Positions 12,701 to 23,789 of a DNA stretch of 64,000 bases are shown piece after piece. Source of the stretch: Bigelowiella natans CCMP2755 (taxonomy: Eukaryota; Protista; Cercozoa); contig ADNK01003381.1 of the NCBI GenBank assembly GCA_000320545.1, positions 1-64,000 of the forward strand. Reading direction: 5' to 3'. Numbering within the stretch: position 1 is the stretch's first letter; each line of letters starts with the position of its first letter. The notes under the pieces are model-generated. The model searched no databases. It was not told the DNA's origin and saw nothing but the letters and a program-made list of their open reading frames with translations. A program made the position numbers and the translations under genes.

Positions 12701-14707
12701 GCTGCTTTTACTACTGCTTACCGGAAGGAGAACTCTGTAGGCCTCAGCTTCGCTAAGGTGTGGGCCAAGGCTGGCCTTGATGCCCACTTCGATAACCTAA
12801 TAAAGTTATGCAGCAACACCCTATTGAATGCTAAGCTAGACACTACTAGACCAGCTACCCTATGGACAGACTGGTCTAAGCTAGGTATGGCTGCTGTACT
12901 TACCCAAGACCAGCAGATCATACGGGTGTGGGGCAGGGCCTGCACAGCAGCTGAGGCCAAGTACAGCCCTACAAAAGGAGAGTATAAAGCCATGACTGAG
13001 GCGCAGAGGAAACTAAGATACTACCTGCTGTCGGTGCCCAGCTTCACCTTAATGACTGACCACAAGCCCCTCCTAGGCATCGACCGCAAGCTCGAAGCGC
13101 CTAACGATGAGTATGCAGCTATGAGGGCGGACACGGAAGAGTTTAGGGACAAGAGGACAGTGGTCTACGCACCAGGAGACAAGCAGCTTGCTGACTATTT
13201 CAGCAGGCTGTTCGAAAAGAAAGTCCCTACCCAGGTCACCCCTATGGTTAACGCGATTACCTTCGAGGACGGCGACTTCCTGCCTGAGCCAGAGGAGCTC
13301 CAGCACCTTCAAGAACACCTGGATAAATACAAACACAAGCATGAGGTACTTAGTGATAGGATATATGTATACACTAATAATGTTAGGCGTACCTACGTGC
13401 CACGGCGGACCAGGGGAGCCCTTCTCTTTACCGCCCATGGACCTGCACACGTAGGAGAAAACCATATCACTGCTCTACTCTACCATTACTACTGGCCCTA
13501 CAAGCTAAAAGAGATAAGGACATACCTGCGTGGCTGCAGGTGCTCCAGCTTGAAGGCGGCAGGCGTCGCCACCAAGGAGTCCAGCAAGAGCCGTGCATCT
13601 AAGAAAATCAAAGCAAGGAACTTCTTAGATATCGTGCAAATTGATGTTTATAAGTACGATGGCTATCACTACCTTACCTTCGTTGATGTGGCCACTGGAA
13701 AGTGCTGGGTTAAAAAGATTATCAAGGTCAACGTTGCTAAGAAGAACAAAGGCTTATATAAGCAGAGGCTTACTAACTGCTACCGTACCTGGGAGTCTGA
13801 GCTCCAGGCTATCCCTGATGAAGTTAGCATAAACAAGATACCAAAGAAGTTACATGTGGATAATGAGACCTCTCTTCTACAGCTACCACACCCTAATATT
13901 GATGCCTCACCTGTATACTATGCCCAGTCCAACTCCAAGGTAGAGCGACTCCACCGCACCTTGGCCAACCTAAGCAGGATAAATAGCACCACACCAGACA
14001 AGATACAAGGGTTAGTAAACGACACCTTCACGTCTGGGGGAGGTATCAAGGATAAGGAGAGGGAAGAAGGCGACGACAACGACGACGATACCGAGAGCGA
14101 AGACGAGAAGGTCCCGTACGATGGCCGAGTTCTAAAGGAAGGACAGTATGTTAGGGCCAAGGTAAATCTGAGATCGAGAAATAAACAAGACCCCTTCTGG
14201 GGTGGCGTTGCAAAGGTTACCGAGAGGAAGGGGAGGAAGCAGTACTACATCTATGATGGGAACAGGGTCACCTTGCGCCACATCAGTCACCTAAAGAATT
14301 ATGATATCGGTGAGAAGCTCCTAGAGGATGTTAAAGTAAACCCTACTGTGTGGGAGCGAGCAATGCCTTGTTTAGGACCCCGACCTAAGTTCGATGTGGA
14401 ATATGGAAACAATAAGGTCAGGGTGAACGACGATTGGCGCATGAAGATTGTCTATCTAGGCTACCCTGGATTACGAAATATGGAGAGGGTAGCTATGAAA
14501 ATAAAGGACGGAAAATATCAGCTACTCTACCTAGCTGTTCCCGACTTACCCTTTGAGCACTGGTATAAGGTCCTGGGGGACCTTGATGCAGAGGGCTGGT
14601 ATGGACACGAACCTAAGGACGAAGGTGAGTTCTGGGTAAGCGACAAAGGAGATAAGGTTAGAGAGGAATCTATTACCTGGTGGTTGGTGAAGTTCCGAAA
14701 GCGATGA
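9734..14707 (+). CDS. Gag-Pol polyprotein, 1657 aa (Gag zinc knuckle, aspartic protease, RT, RNase H, integrase, C-terminal methyltransferase-like extension)
   Basis: CGYCSRKGKHTAKDC (CCHC); ALWDSGS (protease); LDKNESYMQ / FPYGL / YVDD (RT); WTDWS...TDHKPL (RNase H); AHGPAH...CRC, IQIDV-like IVQIDV / HVDNE / SNSKVERLHRTL (integrase). Uninterrupted ORF. Confidence 0.96.
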   Translation: MSQQLEEQQDFGSQAVQGHEQKQERKGDTDAKEGGGTPPQAPPGPAPGIKKADAAAEALENFYEADDEDVAAESKKVVMALRALRPRASNYAKLKVSIEYKYQTHDVWAAIMQDIMDYEADLPPEWAALFRNDGGLGASRGTTQSTVKQQQPVQRNTQFMSVKTAPVMITKYNGKRGEARRWWKNARSILCDFTPNPTENDKLKWLAIIKQAMDLYETGRTRIRQLEKIHTTVSGLRDVEAIMKAFVNEQDANSLPQAIRKYRAMMQHEREPVRDFATRFQDMIDELHDFNYNTGDDQARFEEFKLKIKESTYVTEKGYTTMEAAVQAISLREQEQDRKFTSPKVPGIGNINAIKPQRDWYKDREGNRRCGYCSRKGKHTAKDCRDRKEGRPRMTIRQLNEHYEKLKRKKGRGQGYNNSKWQGSNNGKNNKYKNKKQNSINAIQQQINGILDHLKQAPTKTAVPATQDQDKPMTLDDIKNLGVCNINDEDANRTIKVAMTKVKVKDSYGDYKKLPALWDSGSMPKSFISLSTVRRLGLLDQVTKKERKYAQADGSSSMKTVGELMLKLQIPGSDAETQIKTRVAMTLSMELLLGQDALEKLGGIISFYNHKIYFAKLPKKSGRTISQNMIRLDEWTSESSVNALEFMDLADNKLPTPTELRKKNPGKTIRQITELLDKTPPADDWDIDKGKKYINKILNEKYSDITKPTTKPSSKLTPVKIELKKGYEECIINDPEHRRPEADWEKIEWQINEWAKEGKIEPSNSPWNVRHVLAKKPTYPFFRLAHNFIRHNRVIKRIQTPTPRIDDVIEHVIGYKYYSSLDKNESYMQTPIHKTSRPITAFSSRHRKWHFVVFPYGLSISGDAFSSQNYRAYTHDGMASVLWVFVFVYVDDDIICTNTVVAQIFLLENIFIRFAHFGFTIRLQKCTFLATRIKWCGYYLEQGRITPNPEKVAALQQAPKPKNAKELKSFLQTAAWILRRFSPTYARTAAAFTTAYRKENSVGLSFAKVWAKAGLDAHFDNLIKLCSNTLLNAKLDTTRPATLWTDWSKLGMAAVLTQDQQIIRVWGRACTAAEAKYSPTKGEYKAMTEAQRKLRYYLLSVPSFTLMTDHKPLLGIDRKLEAPNDEYAAMRADTEEFRDKRTVVYAPGDKQLADYFSRLFEKKVPTQVTPMVNAITFEDGDFLPEPEELQHLQEHLDKYKHKHEVLSDRIYVYTNNVRRTYVPRRTRGALLFTAHGPAHVGENHITALLYHYYWPYKLKEIRTYLRGCRCSSLKAAGVATKESSKSRASKKIKARNFLDIVQIDVYKYDGYHYLTFVDVATGKCWVKKIIKVNVAKKNKGLYKQRLTNCYRTWESELQAIPDEVSINKIPKKLHVDNETSLLQLPHPNIDASPVYYAQSNSKVERLHRTLANLSRINSTTPDKIQGLVNDTFTSGGGIKDKEREEGDDNDDDTESEDEKVPYDGRVLKEGQYVRAKVNLRSRNKQDPFWGGVAKVTERKGRKQYYIYDGNRVTLRHISHLKNYDIGEKLLEDVKVNPTVWERAMPCLGPRPKFDVEYGNNKVRVNDDWRMKIVYLGYPGLRNMERVAMKIKDGKYQLLYLAVPDLPFEHWYKVLGDLDAEGWYGHEPKDEGEFWVSDKGDKVREESITWWLVKFRKR

Positions 14708-14750
14708 AGGTCTAAGGGAATAAGGAAGGAAGGAAGGAGCAACGTGACTT

Positions 14751-14758
14751 GGGGGAGG
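14751..14758 (+). promoter_or_regulatory. Polypurine tract
   Basis: GGGGGAGG abutting the 3' LTR, with a further purine run (AAGGAAGGAAGGAAGGAG) just upstream. Confidence 0.8.
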
Positions 14759-15084
14759 TGTAGCGCGTACCACTACGCGGGCACAAGTCACGTGCGACAA
14801 CAAAGGGGTTGTCGCGGATATAGAATATAGATAACGTAGATATTAATACAGCATAGGCACGTGGGTTCCGGCGGGACTCATGGCAGCACACCGGAAGTGT
14901 GCTGCCCCACGTGCGGCGGCATTCGCGAAAGCTTCGCGAATGATTACGCAGTGCACGATTTAATAAAAATATAATCTTTAATAAAAATAAACACAACTCT
15001 TCAAAAGGAAGCAAACGTGCCTTTCCCCCCCCCTGCCTACTTGTGCACGTAGCGCCTCGGCCTGTGAACACCTTACGCGCAACA
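14759..15084 (+). repeat. 3' LTR (326 bp)
   Basis: Identical to the 5' LTR; followed by GGTG. Confidence 0.97.
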
Positions 15085-16321
15085 GGTGCGTGCACGTACG
15101 TGCGAGCGCCGTCGCATCTTTCGCTAGATCTAACAACGATGCTGGCTATGCTAGCTGGTGTTGGTTGGCACATCGCAGCACATCGCATGTGATCATGCGC
15201 ACGCGCGGTCTAGCGGTGCGCATGAGTAGAATCGAATCATTCGATCGAGCGTCGTCATCATTTGTGCGCAAGCTAGCTAGCTGGCGCAATGATTCATTTT
15301 GACATAAAGAGCTTGCTAGCCTGATCATGGATGCAAGCGCACATGCACAGTCTTGCTAGCTTGCGCCGCATGCGACTATAGTGTGTATATGTGATGCGGG
15401 ATAACACGTGTGCTACCTATGCTGTATGTTACACACGCCGGCATTGGTATCAGCGCTGGATCGCGTGTGCGCAATCTATCTACGCGGGCTCCCATCCGTA
15501 AAATGCCATTGCATTAATTGCGCATGCAAACGAGGCGTGGAAAATACATACGACCTGCAGCAAGTTCGTACATAAGTAATATCGACGAACAATGTTTATC
15601 ATTGACGTCGGTTATTACAATAAACATAAACCGGTGATACTCGCTCAGGGAAATAATAAATCACTGTTCTACCAGAGAATGAACCAAATGCTAACGTAAC
15701 CCAATGTGCCACCATCAAAGTTGACAACATCATTTCTTATTCATGTACACGCCATAATGAGACTAGTCTCGACATCTCAATGACTTCCAAAAAATAAAAG
15801 ATATTTTATGCTACGATATGAGCACACGCTTAGACATTTCAATAGGCGATAGGTATACATACATCTACACTAAATGTACCTTGAAAAAAACAAAACGAAA
15901 AACTGCTTTCTTCATAGAAAAGCAACAGTACTGAAACGACTTTGAGGGTCAGTGCTGCAAAATTAAGCACGCATACACACACAAGTATCATGAACAAGCG
16001 CCTCCCCTCGTCAAAATGTAAGGAAGTGCGCACGTGGTAGTGAGGCTACTGCTGCAACACTACACCATGGTCCTGTGCGTATCTGCTCGCATTTCGCACC
16101 GAACATAAGCATTAATGTGAGAGGATATTGGTTTAATATGGACAAATAAGTACGATAAAAAAATAAATAAAAAATAACACCGCAAACTTTCCGATGTTAA
16201 TCTCCACCAATGGATTCGTCAAAAGAGTGGACGGGGAGAATCACGATCCGGTGTGCCGACTATGGACGGCAGGCCATTATTCAAAAAATTAGGCGATTGA
16301 GTTGCCAATACGACACACCGT

Positions 16322-18603
16322 TCAAAAGTGGATTTCTCCGAATAAGCAAGGAGACGTTTCTTCGCCTCCTCCTCCTCCTCCTCCTCCTCCTCCTCCTCCT
16401 CCCCGCCCATTCTCAGGCCCATCCCCGCTGTAATAAGAGAGTTGGTCGAGAGCTACATCCAGCTCGCTGCTCACAAAGCAGTCCCTGATGTCGGGAATAA
16501 CAACTCCCACGTTGCAGCAATCCCCAAAGCCATAATGCCCACTTGCGTAATCCGTAGCAGCGTCGTCGTCATCCATCATCGAGTCGAAACTTCCATTTGA
16601 ATCTAACCGAGGGAGCTCTCGCCCTGTGCCCCGGATCGGCATGTCGCCAGCACGAGCTCTTGCCTCCGGAGAGTCAATGTTAGCTGTACGGTTCCTGCTG
16701 CTATCGAACCTCGCTAGTTTATGGGCTTTTCCATCGGCGGTGCCGCGGATGGGATTTATCACCGCAGCAATGTTGCGTTTATTCTGATGGGCGCGGATTC
16801 GGTTCAATGACAGGTCGCAGACCTGTTCCACGATGCTCGACGCCGCCTCCATCGTGCTCTCCCCAGTTGAGGAAGTGCTGAAGGAATTAACGTCGGGAGA
16901 AGTCCTGGCCATCTCTCGTAGGAAGGAGGAGCGAAGTTCCCACCCCTCCTCATTGTGCAGACCTTTGCCGTCGTTGAAATCAAACAGCCCCGCATCTTTA
17001 TGCCAACCGAAAGGATTAGTTGCGGCGCTGGTTCTTCCTTCTCTAGGCTGTCGAACAGGATCAGCAACAAGCTGCATGGTCGGTAGCAGTGGCATACTGC
17101 GAGTATGAGCTGCCTCAGGGGAGGCAGGTACATGCATCGGTTGTCGCAGCTCAGGCCTCTCGGAACCCTCCTTGAGCGGTGAGGAGGAGGGAGACCGCCC
17201 ACTCCGATCTTGCTTCTTTTGCTTCGTCGTCTTCCGACGATTGACTGCTCTCTTCCTCCTCCTCTGGCACTTTTTGTTGTTGTTGTTGGTGGTGGTGGTG
17301 CTGCTGCTTCGAGGGAGGTCAGATCTCCCGACCGAAGAAGAGGAATCTGAGAAATTCAGCTGTAGCGGCGACATCAAGGTCTGCGAGGAGAGACGGTGTG
17401 GGGATGGCGTCTCAGACGGAGTCCAAGATTGAGGAGAACTGCCGGCCGCAGGGCGTGAGGCAGAATGAGCCGCTACTGTAGCCTCTTGAAGCAGCCTCTG
17501 CATCAGCCCCTCGTGAGACTTTTGAGGGGTGTTTGTTGCAGCATCCTTGGTGGGCTTTGAAGGATTCTGCTGCTCGCTCCTATTTCGCCTGGGGATATTG
17601 AGAGTCTCCCTAACCTTGTTTAGATATCGTTGGTTCTCGTTCTTATATCGGACCTGGTCTTGCTGCGCGAGGTCGTAATATGGCTGACGGGCCAAAAACA
17701 CAATCAAGCTTCGAAACGGGGTATAAATTCGAGATGTATTGGTGATTTATGGAGGAATAGAGTACGAATTTTGCCAGCGGGCAGTCGTAGGGCATCATCG
17801 GAAACTCTCACAAAACTGTTTAAATTTCAGGATCTATTTCGTAGGATCTCTCGCTTCAATGACAACACCTTACGCTCCAAGCACGACAGGCCCTTCCAAA
17901 TCTTTCCGATCGATTTAGCCAAGCACTGGCGCGGCATCTGGCAGTTATGTCCCATTTAAAATTAATTTAGGTTCAAGCTATCGATAAATTAGGGAAGATA
18001 TATGAGTTCTGAATAGCAACCTCGGGTTTGTTCACGTACGAGCGCATCATGATAACCTGAAAGAAATTGTAGGCCGTTTTGGCAGCCCTTGGAGGGAGAA
18101 ACAGGGGAAGGGATGTTAAATGTCAATGATCTGAATGAACGACGAGAAGAGGAAAGAACTTCTTTACGTAAGCTACATCGAAAGAAGTAATCGACAGGAA
18201 CACTGGTTTACTTTGGGGGCTTTGCCTTTTCCTTGCGCTTGCTCGCCTTCTTTCGAAACTTCGGCCTATTTGACTGAGCGGAACTGCTTGAGTCTGGCAT
18301 CTGTAAATCGAAATGTAAAGCGTTATCGCTCATCAAAATTACCAAAACTGTTCCTCGCTGTTCCGACTAGCGGCTTGCACCGACCAACTTCGAGGGTTAC
18401 ACAGCTAGAGAGGTGGACTCAACCTGTTGGAGAGGAGCGATCGAAGATACTTGCTGATGTGTGACGTTGCTGAGCTCTGTTGCTCGGGCTGCAGGATGAC
18501 GTTGAGAGGCCAGATGGAGGAAATCCGGATTGTTGAGTGAGGAGGGGGTTGGTAAGGTTTTCCTCTGTTTACCCGTAAATCCGAGACACCGAACGCGGGC
18601 CAT
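16322..18603 (-). CDS. HMG-box protein (multi-exon) with long low-complexity C-terminus
   Basis: Spliced reading GKGKAP..AAKTAYNFFQ ... CLAKSIGKIWKGLSCLER|QPYYDLAQQDQVRYKNENQRY fits the HMG-box consensus; 461-aa terminal ORF. Confidence 0.8.
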
Positions 18604-19850
18604 TTTTGCCAGATACCGCTTTCTTATGATAAATTCGGTATAAAATACATTCCCTTTTCGTGATCTCGGGCTTGCTGCTGCTACAAACCTCTAAAGTCCT
18701 TCCTGCAGTGGAGCACTACACAGCAGTCAGCCACGTCACAACCCGACTGGATTTTTGCGCTCATAGAAAAACAGAGGAAAGCAGGCGAGTCGGCCTTGTC
18801 TCTTCTGCCTAAACGCCTGACTTTCTCACTCGATTGACGCGTCACGTAGATATTTCCTGGGCGGAAACTCTCCTGGCATTAAATCAGTAGAAGCAAATGG
18901 GAGTCCATTTTGTAATTGCTGTGCTGAGATATTTGAATACGGTACCGCGAATAACGAGAAACCGTCCCATATACATCTGGGCGGAATCGCCTAAAATCGG
19001 ACTTTGATCTCCCCTAATAACTTCCATACCCCTCGTGCTCGACCTGATGTGGGGGCGCTTTTCTTCGGCGATTTTACCTTAGACTAGGCTGTCCACAGCT
19101 CATCATCTTGGACTGCGGGTGACCGTGGCCAGGTCGCGGTTTAGTACTTTGCAGTAATTTCCAGCTGTGCTCGCAGGAGCAAAACCCTCTGCGACTTGTC
19201 GGCGGCGCCTTTTCCTTCCTAAAATTGAGGGATGAGAGACCACTGTGAAAAGCTGATGATGGTGATGCACGATGCAGACAGACACGTGCGCTAAACGTGC
19301 CAGACCTTGACGCAGAGCGACAATGAGAAGAATGCTAGTTACACTCATCCTAGAACATTCTGGGAGAGCAAGCTTTCTTTGCTAAACGGCGGTATGAAAA
19401 AACAATTTCGGCCACTGTGGCTGCTTGCGCGCACACAATCGCCGCTATTTTTTTCCTAGCACGTATCTGTAGATATTCCCCCAACAAAATTTGTGTGAAA
19501 TTTCACAAAATATTTTTACAAATGTGAGTGAAGTTTCTCGCATTATATTTGTTCTAAAATGCTAAGCGCAATCTCGGGTCAGACCGAGCAGGTTGATGTG
19601 GCCTGGGAAGGCCCCGCGCGGTGATCGTAGACCAGCTACTTTCCCTCTCTACCCGTGAGGGGGGATTCGGCAAGATGCAGAGTCTCTGCACTTTGCTTGT
19701 GCTCTCCTTGCCTGGAGGGGGAAGCAGGGCAGCCGCAATAACGCCACATGGAATCGGGTGACGAGAGAAGGCGATTTTGGGCCAGAGTATGGAACATCTG
19801 ATTTATTTGCTTTTTGTAGTGGCAAGAGCTCTCGGGTGCCTTCATTCACG

Positions 19851-21279
19851 ATGGCTCATGGGGACGTCCAATACTCAGCGCTTCGTGTGAGGCGAAGGTG
19901 ACTCATATTCTGACTTTGGGTGCAGCAGTACTCTGGGGCTGTGCAAAGGGCCCAGTTGCTCACTCAATTCCTACTAAGAATGCGTTTTCACTCGCACCAA
20001 TATATTAGAATGCCCCCCTCCCACGCGCGGGACATTTACACCGACGAATACGACTCGTAAGCCTCCTCATTCAAATCCTCGTCCCCTCCCCTGCTCTCCT
20101 AAATACCCTGAAAGACGAAACCGTTTCTCTCTTCCGAGGCGCGAAGATAACAACACTTTTTACGACATGGCAGATGGGATAAGCTCAAGTACCAAGGCGA
20201 TGACGAGGAAGCACGCGCTGCAAGGTCCGTTGTCCGTGAACAGTATTGTAAGATAACATTCTAAGCTCAACTCCTTTCGATACTCGCCCCCCCGCCCCTC
20301 CTATCCTATGTAATGTCCTCTCCAGAATCCGATACGAAAACCGGATGAGGCTGAAGAAGATGGTTCAGAAATGGGTGGTACCGTCGATGGTAAGACGCAC
20401 CTACACACACACACACACACACACGCACGCACACACACACGCACACACACAAAATACTTCAGCTATCTACATATTATATTAGAATTGTAGTCGTGCAAAA
20501 ATTTATCGCTATATAGACCGTGCGACTTACGCTAGTAGCTACATGAGAATAACGCCGCTGATCGGTGCTTTCGAATATGGCCTCCTCTTAGATTGGGATC
20601 ACAATTCTAAATGCCGTCGCGGACATCGGTACTTTCGCATACAAACACGCACACACAGCCGCAAAATAATTTGAAATAACACGACCTATAATATTCGAGG
20701 AGGGGGGGGGGAGTACTAAAACGATATGAGATCTTACCACCCCTTTCTCTTCCGCGATATTACTTGACGATAACGAATGCTATTGCGACAACATCAGCCA
20801 CTTCGTCACAAAGAAGTTCCGCGCCGTTTCCCCTGGTAATCGACAACGAATCCGCGGCAAGATATAGCTGGGACAGTAGCTTTGGAGAAACAACAACAGC
20901 AATAGATTTAGAAAATGCATGCCAAATCGAGCAAAGTAGCATTGGCGCTGGGGATAACCATCATATATTCATCGTTGCTACGATGTCAATATATCATACA
21001 TTCCCCTGCTAAGAAAGTGGCATTATCATCAGGCAAGCGTGGAAGGAGGGGGGGAGGGTGGCTCGTCCGGCTGGTATGCTGATGTCGGCGGAACCCCAAT
21101 ACGGGTAAACTGAGGAGCTGTGTAGTTGTCATGTGCACACTTTCTGCTGTTGATCGTAAATCAGAGGATCAGGGGGATGATGCATTCGCTGACAATCATT
21201 TACGTATACATACCTTTAGAATATGATGCCCATCTAAACACACTCGCACACAAACACACGCACGCGCGCGCGCACATAA

Positions 21280-21341
<62 letters not shown>

Positions 21342-22734
21342 ATATGTACATAATATTTATCATTATCAGATCAGCAAAGGTGGCTCTGGCGGGGGCAGTA
21401 GTAGCGGTACATACTTTACCAGCAGATATAAAACGGACCCACGCCCCCCCCCCCCCCACACCCTCATTAGATCACGGCCTGAGAAAGACATCCATGGTCA
21501 CAGGTGGCGGTAGTTCAGGAAGCTCTCAGCTTAACGAATACGGAGGACATGGGGGAGATGTCCCCCCCCATCCCCCACGTTCTAGAGGTAGCAGAACTAC
21601 TGATATGAGCAAAATCACTAGAATCCCCCCTTCCCCCCCCCCCCCCACTTCCTCTCCCTCAATCTCCTCCCGCACACTTTCAAAAATAAAAACCATTGGA
21701 ACCTTACGACCTCGAGCGCGCTGCTGCTGCCGTCTCCTCCCAATCGGGCATTTAGGCTAAGAAGCGGGAAGAGGAGGAGCGGGCAAGGCGAGAGGAGGAG
21801 GAAGAGGCGATTCGGAGGCAAATCAAGAGAGACAAACAACGCTATCGAAACGTCGCGGTAAGCAGGGAGATTGAGAAAAATGCTGGATCACACGGGGAAA
21901 GAAAGGAATAGGAAAAGCTCGCTATACAGCCGTCCCCACACTCTTCTCCCGTTTCTCTCGTATCTTTTCGAGGCGAGAGGGGAGGGTGGGGGGGGGGGCT
22001 GTATCGAAGGCATGCGAAAGAAGCATACACCATCGCATATATTTGCAACGGCCCATTGATGGCTTTGAACTACTATTTTGTTGTTGATGATGTGCTGTTT
22101 AGGTCGCGAGCATGACCGTTGCTGCAGGTTTCGCAGGGACGAATTGGCTCCTCGTAAAGCTCGAGAAGGAAGGGGTAAAGAAACGACGAGTATAGAGGAG
22201 AAAAACAGAATCGAAGTGCATTTTTTGGAGGGCAGTGAATCTCCGCGGCTATGAAGAAGGCTGCATTTATTCCATACTTTTTGCTTTGAATGTGTTCAAA
22301 ATAAGGGTGTTTTTCCACAGAGATACGTCTGCATCCATTGTCACTTTCGATTGGACGCGGGAGTGTGTAGCTTTATTTGATTTTTCCTTCGTATTAGTAC
22401 TCTGTATTTGGAAATCGCGGGCGCCGTCCTCCTCCAATTATCGGTAACTCGCGAAGATCTTCTTCCTCCTCCTCATCATCATCATCATGGACAAACAAGC
22501 AACAGCAGCAACGGCGGCAGCAGAATCCCCCCCCGCGACATCAAACTCCTCGGTAATGGATAGCGATGGTTATTCTCATTGCTTTGCTTTCTTAAACACT
22601 GATGCATTGAATCTATTGCAGCGCCTCAGCAGCCACGTCGCCATCCTCTTCCTCAGGGGGAGGGGGCGGTGGATATAGGAGCGAGTTCCGATTCCCTTCA
22701 TCACCTGCAGAAAGAGGTAAAAGCAGGCATTCCC

Positions 22735-22768
<34 letters not shown>

Positions 22769-23090
22769 GCACACGTCCGCTATGAGCGGTACCAAAGGCC
22801 GAGGGGATGGAATCACAGCAGCAACACACGACAAAACTTCGTCGTTCCATAGGACAGCAACTTCCTCAAGGCTAAACCACGCCTCGGCCCTTGGCGGAGC
22901 ACAAAAGAACAAGAACAAGCAGAAGGGCAAGGACTACAATCCGACGGGAACAGCCAGTAAAACGACGGGCGCTGCTAGTGGTAGGAAGAAGAAAAAGAAG
23001 TCCGGCAGTGCCAAAAAGAGTAGCTCGGAGAATAAGAAGCTGACGCCCAAGGCAAAAATGAAATTGAGAAAGAAGTTGGTGTCGCAGTAG
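19851..23090 (+). CDS. Multi-exon hypothetical protein, probably membrane-associated, Lys-rich C-terminus (5' end uncertain)
   Basis: In-frame exons WDKLKYQGDDEEARAAR|IRYENRMRLKKMVQKWVVPSM|IGITILNAVADI...; AKKREEEERARREEEEEAIRRQIKRDK; hydrophobic exons; terminal exon ...KLRKKLVSQ*. Confidence 0.5.
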
Positions 23091-23789
23091 GACATCGCCA
23101 AGGATGTGCAGCCAATCGTTGATCAAGTGGAGTAGTTTTTGAGTGCTTATGTAGTTTTTGCGCTCTCCTAAATTAGGACTAAGAGTCATTAGAATAGCTG
23201 CCAATGATCATGGCGACACGATGCGATGCGATGCGATGCAAGGAAATGCAAATGTCGCCTGGCATGCTGCAGGCGTGCACGCACTGAACACATGCTCAGT
23301 CGAAAGTCCAACATGAAGCTGCCTTGCTTGTGAAACGCAGATGATCACTTGATGTGCAAATGGAGCAGGCTAGGAGGGACATGGATGATTGAATTCGTGT
23401 TGTTCGTGTTTCTGCCAACATTTCGCATGCTAGCACGTGCACTGCGCATGTAGACAACAACAGCGGATTTCGTACATCTAGACATGCTAGCATGCCATTT
23501 GCTCCATGCATTTAGCGATGTCGTACATGCTAGCATCCATGTGCAACATGCCAGCTCACATGGAACACAGTCAAGCGGTGCGCACTAGCGAGGCACTTGG
23601 CGGTCCATCAGCTCCATTGCTAGATTAGGCGCTTCCATTCTGTGCAAATGGCTCCGTGTGCGCCTGCTCCACTGCTACATGTTACAGGTGAGTAATGAGA
23701 GAAAAGATCAAAACTGCGTATGATGTGTCGAAACTGTTAAACACAAGCGCGATATCTTCCGAGGAATTCCAAAAGCCTGACAAGCCTCG

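Larger units (their letters stand above)
9369..15084 (+). mobile_element. Full-length Ty3/Gypsy-type LTR retrotransposon, recent insertion
   Basis: Two identical 326-bp LTRs (TG...CA, 10/11 terminal inverted repeat TGTAGCGCGTA/TACGCGCAACA); 4-bp target duplication GGTG (9365-9368, 15085-15088); PBS-like and PPT sites; domain order PR-RT-RH-IN. Confidence 0.97.

Noticed and set aside
14327-14707. Chromodomain or env gene at the end of pol
   Set aside because: The terminal WWLVKF is superficially chromo-like but the ORF ends there; no signal peptide or TM segment; the MTase-like pattern fits much better.
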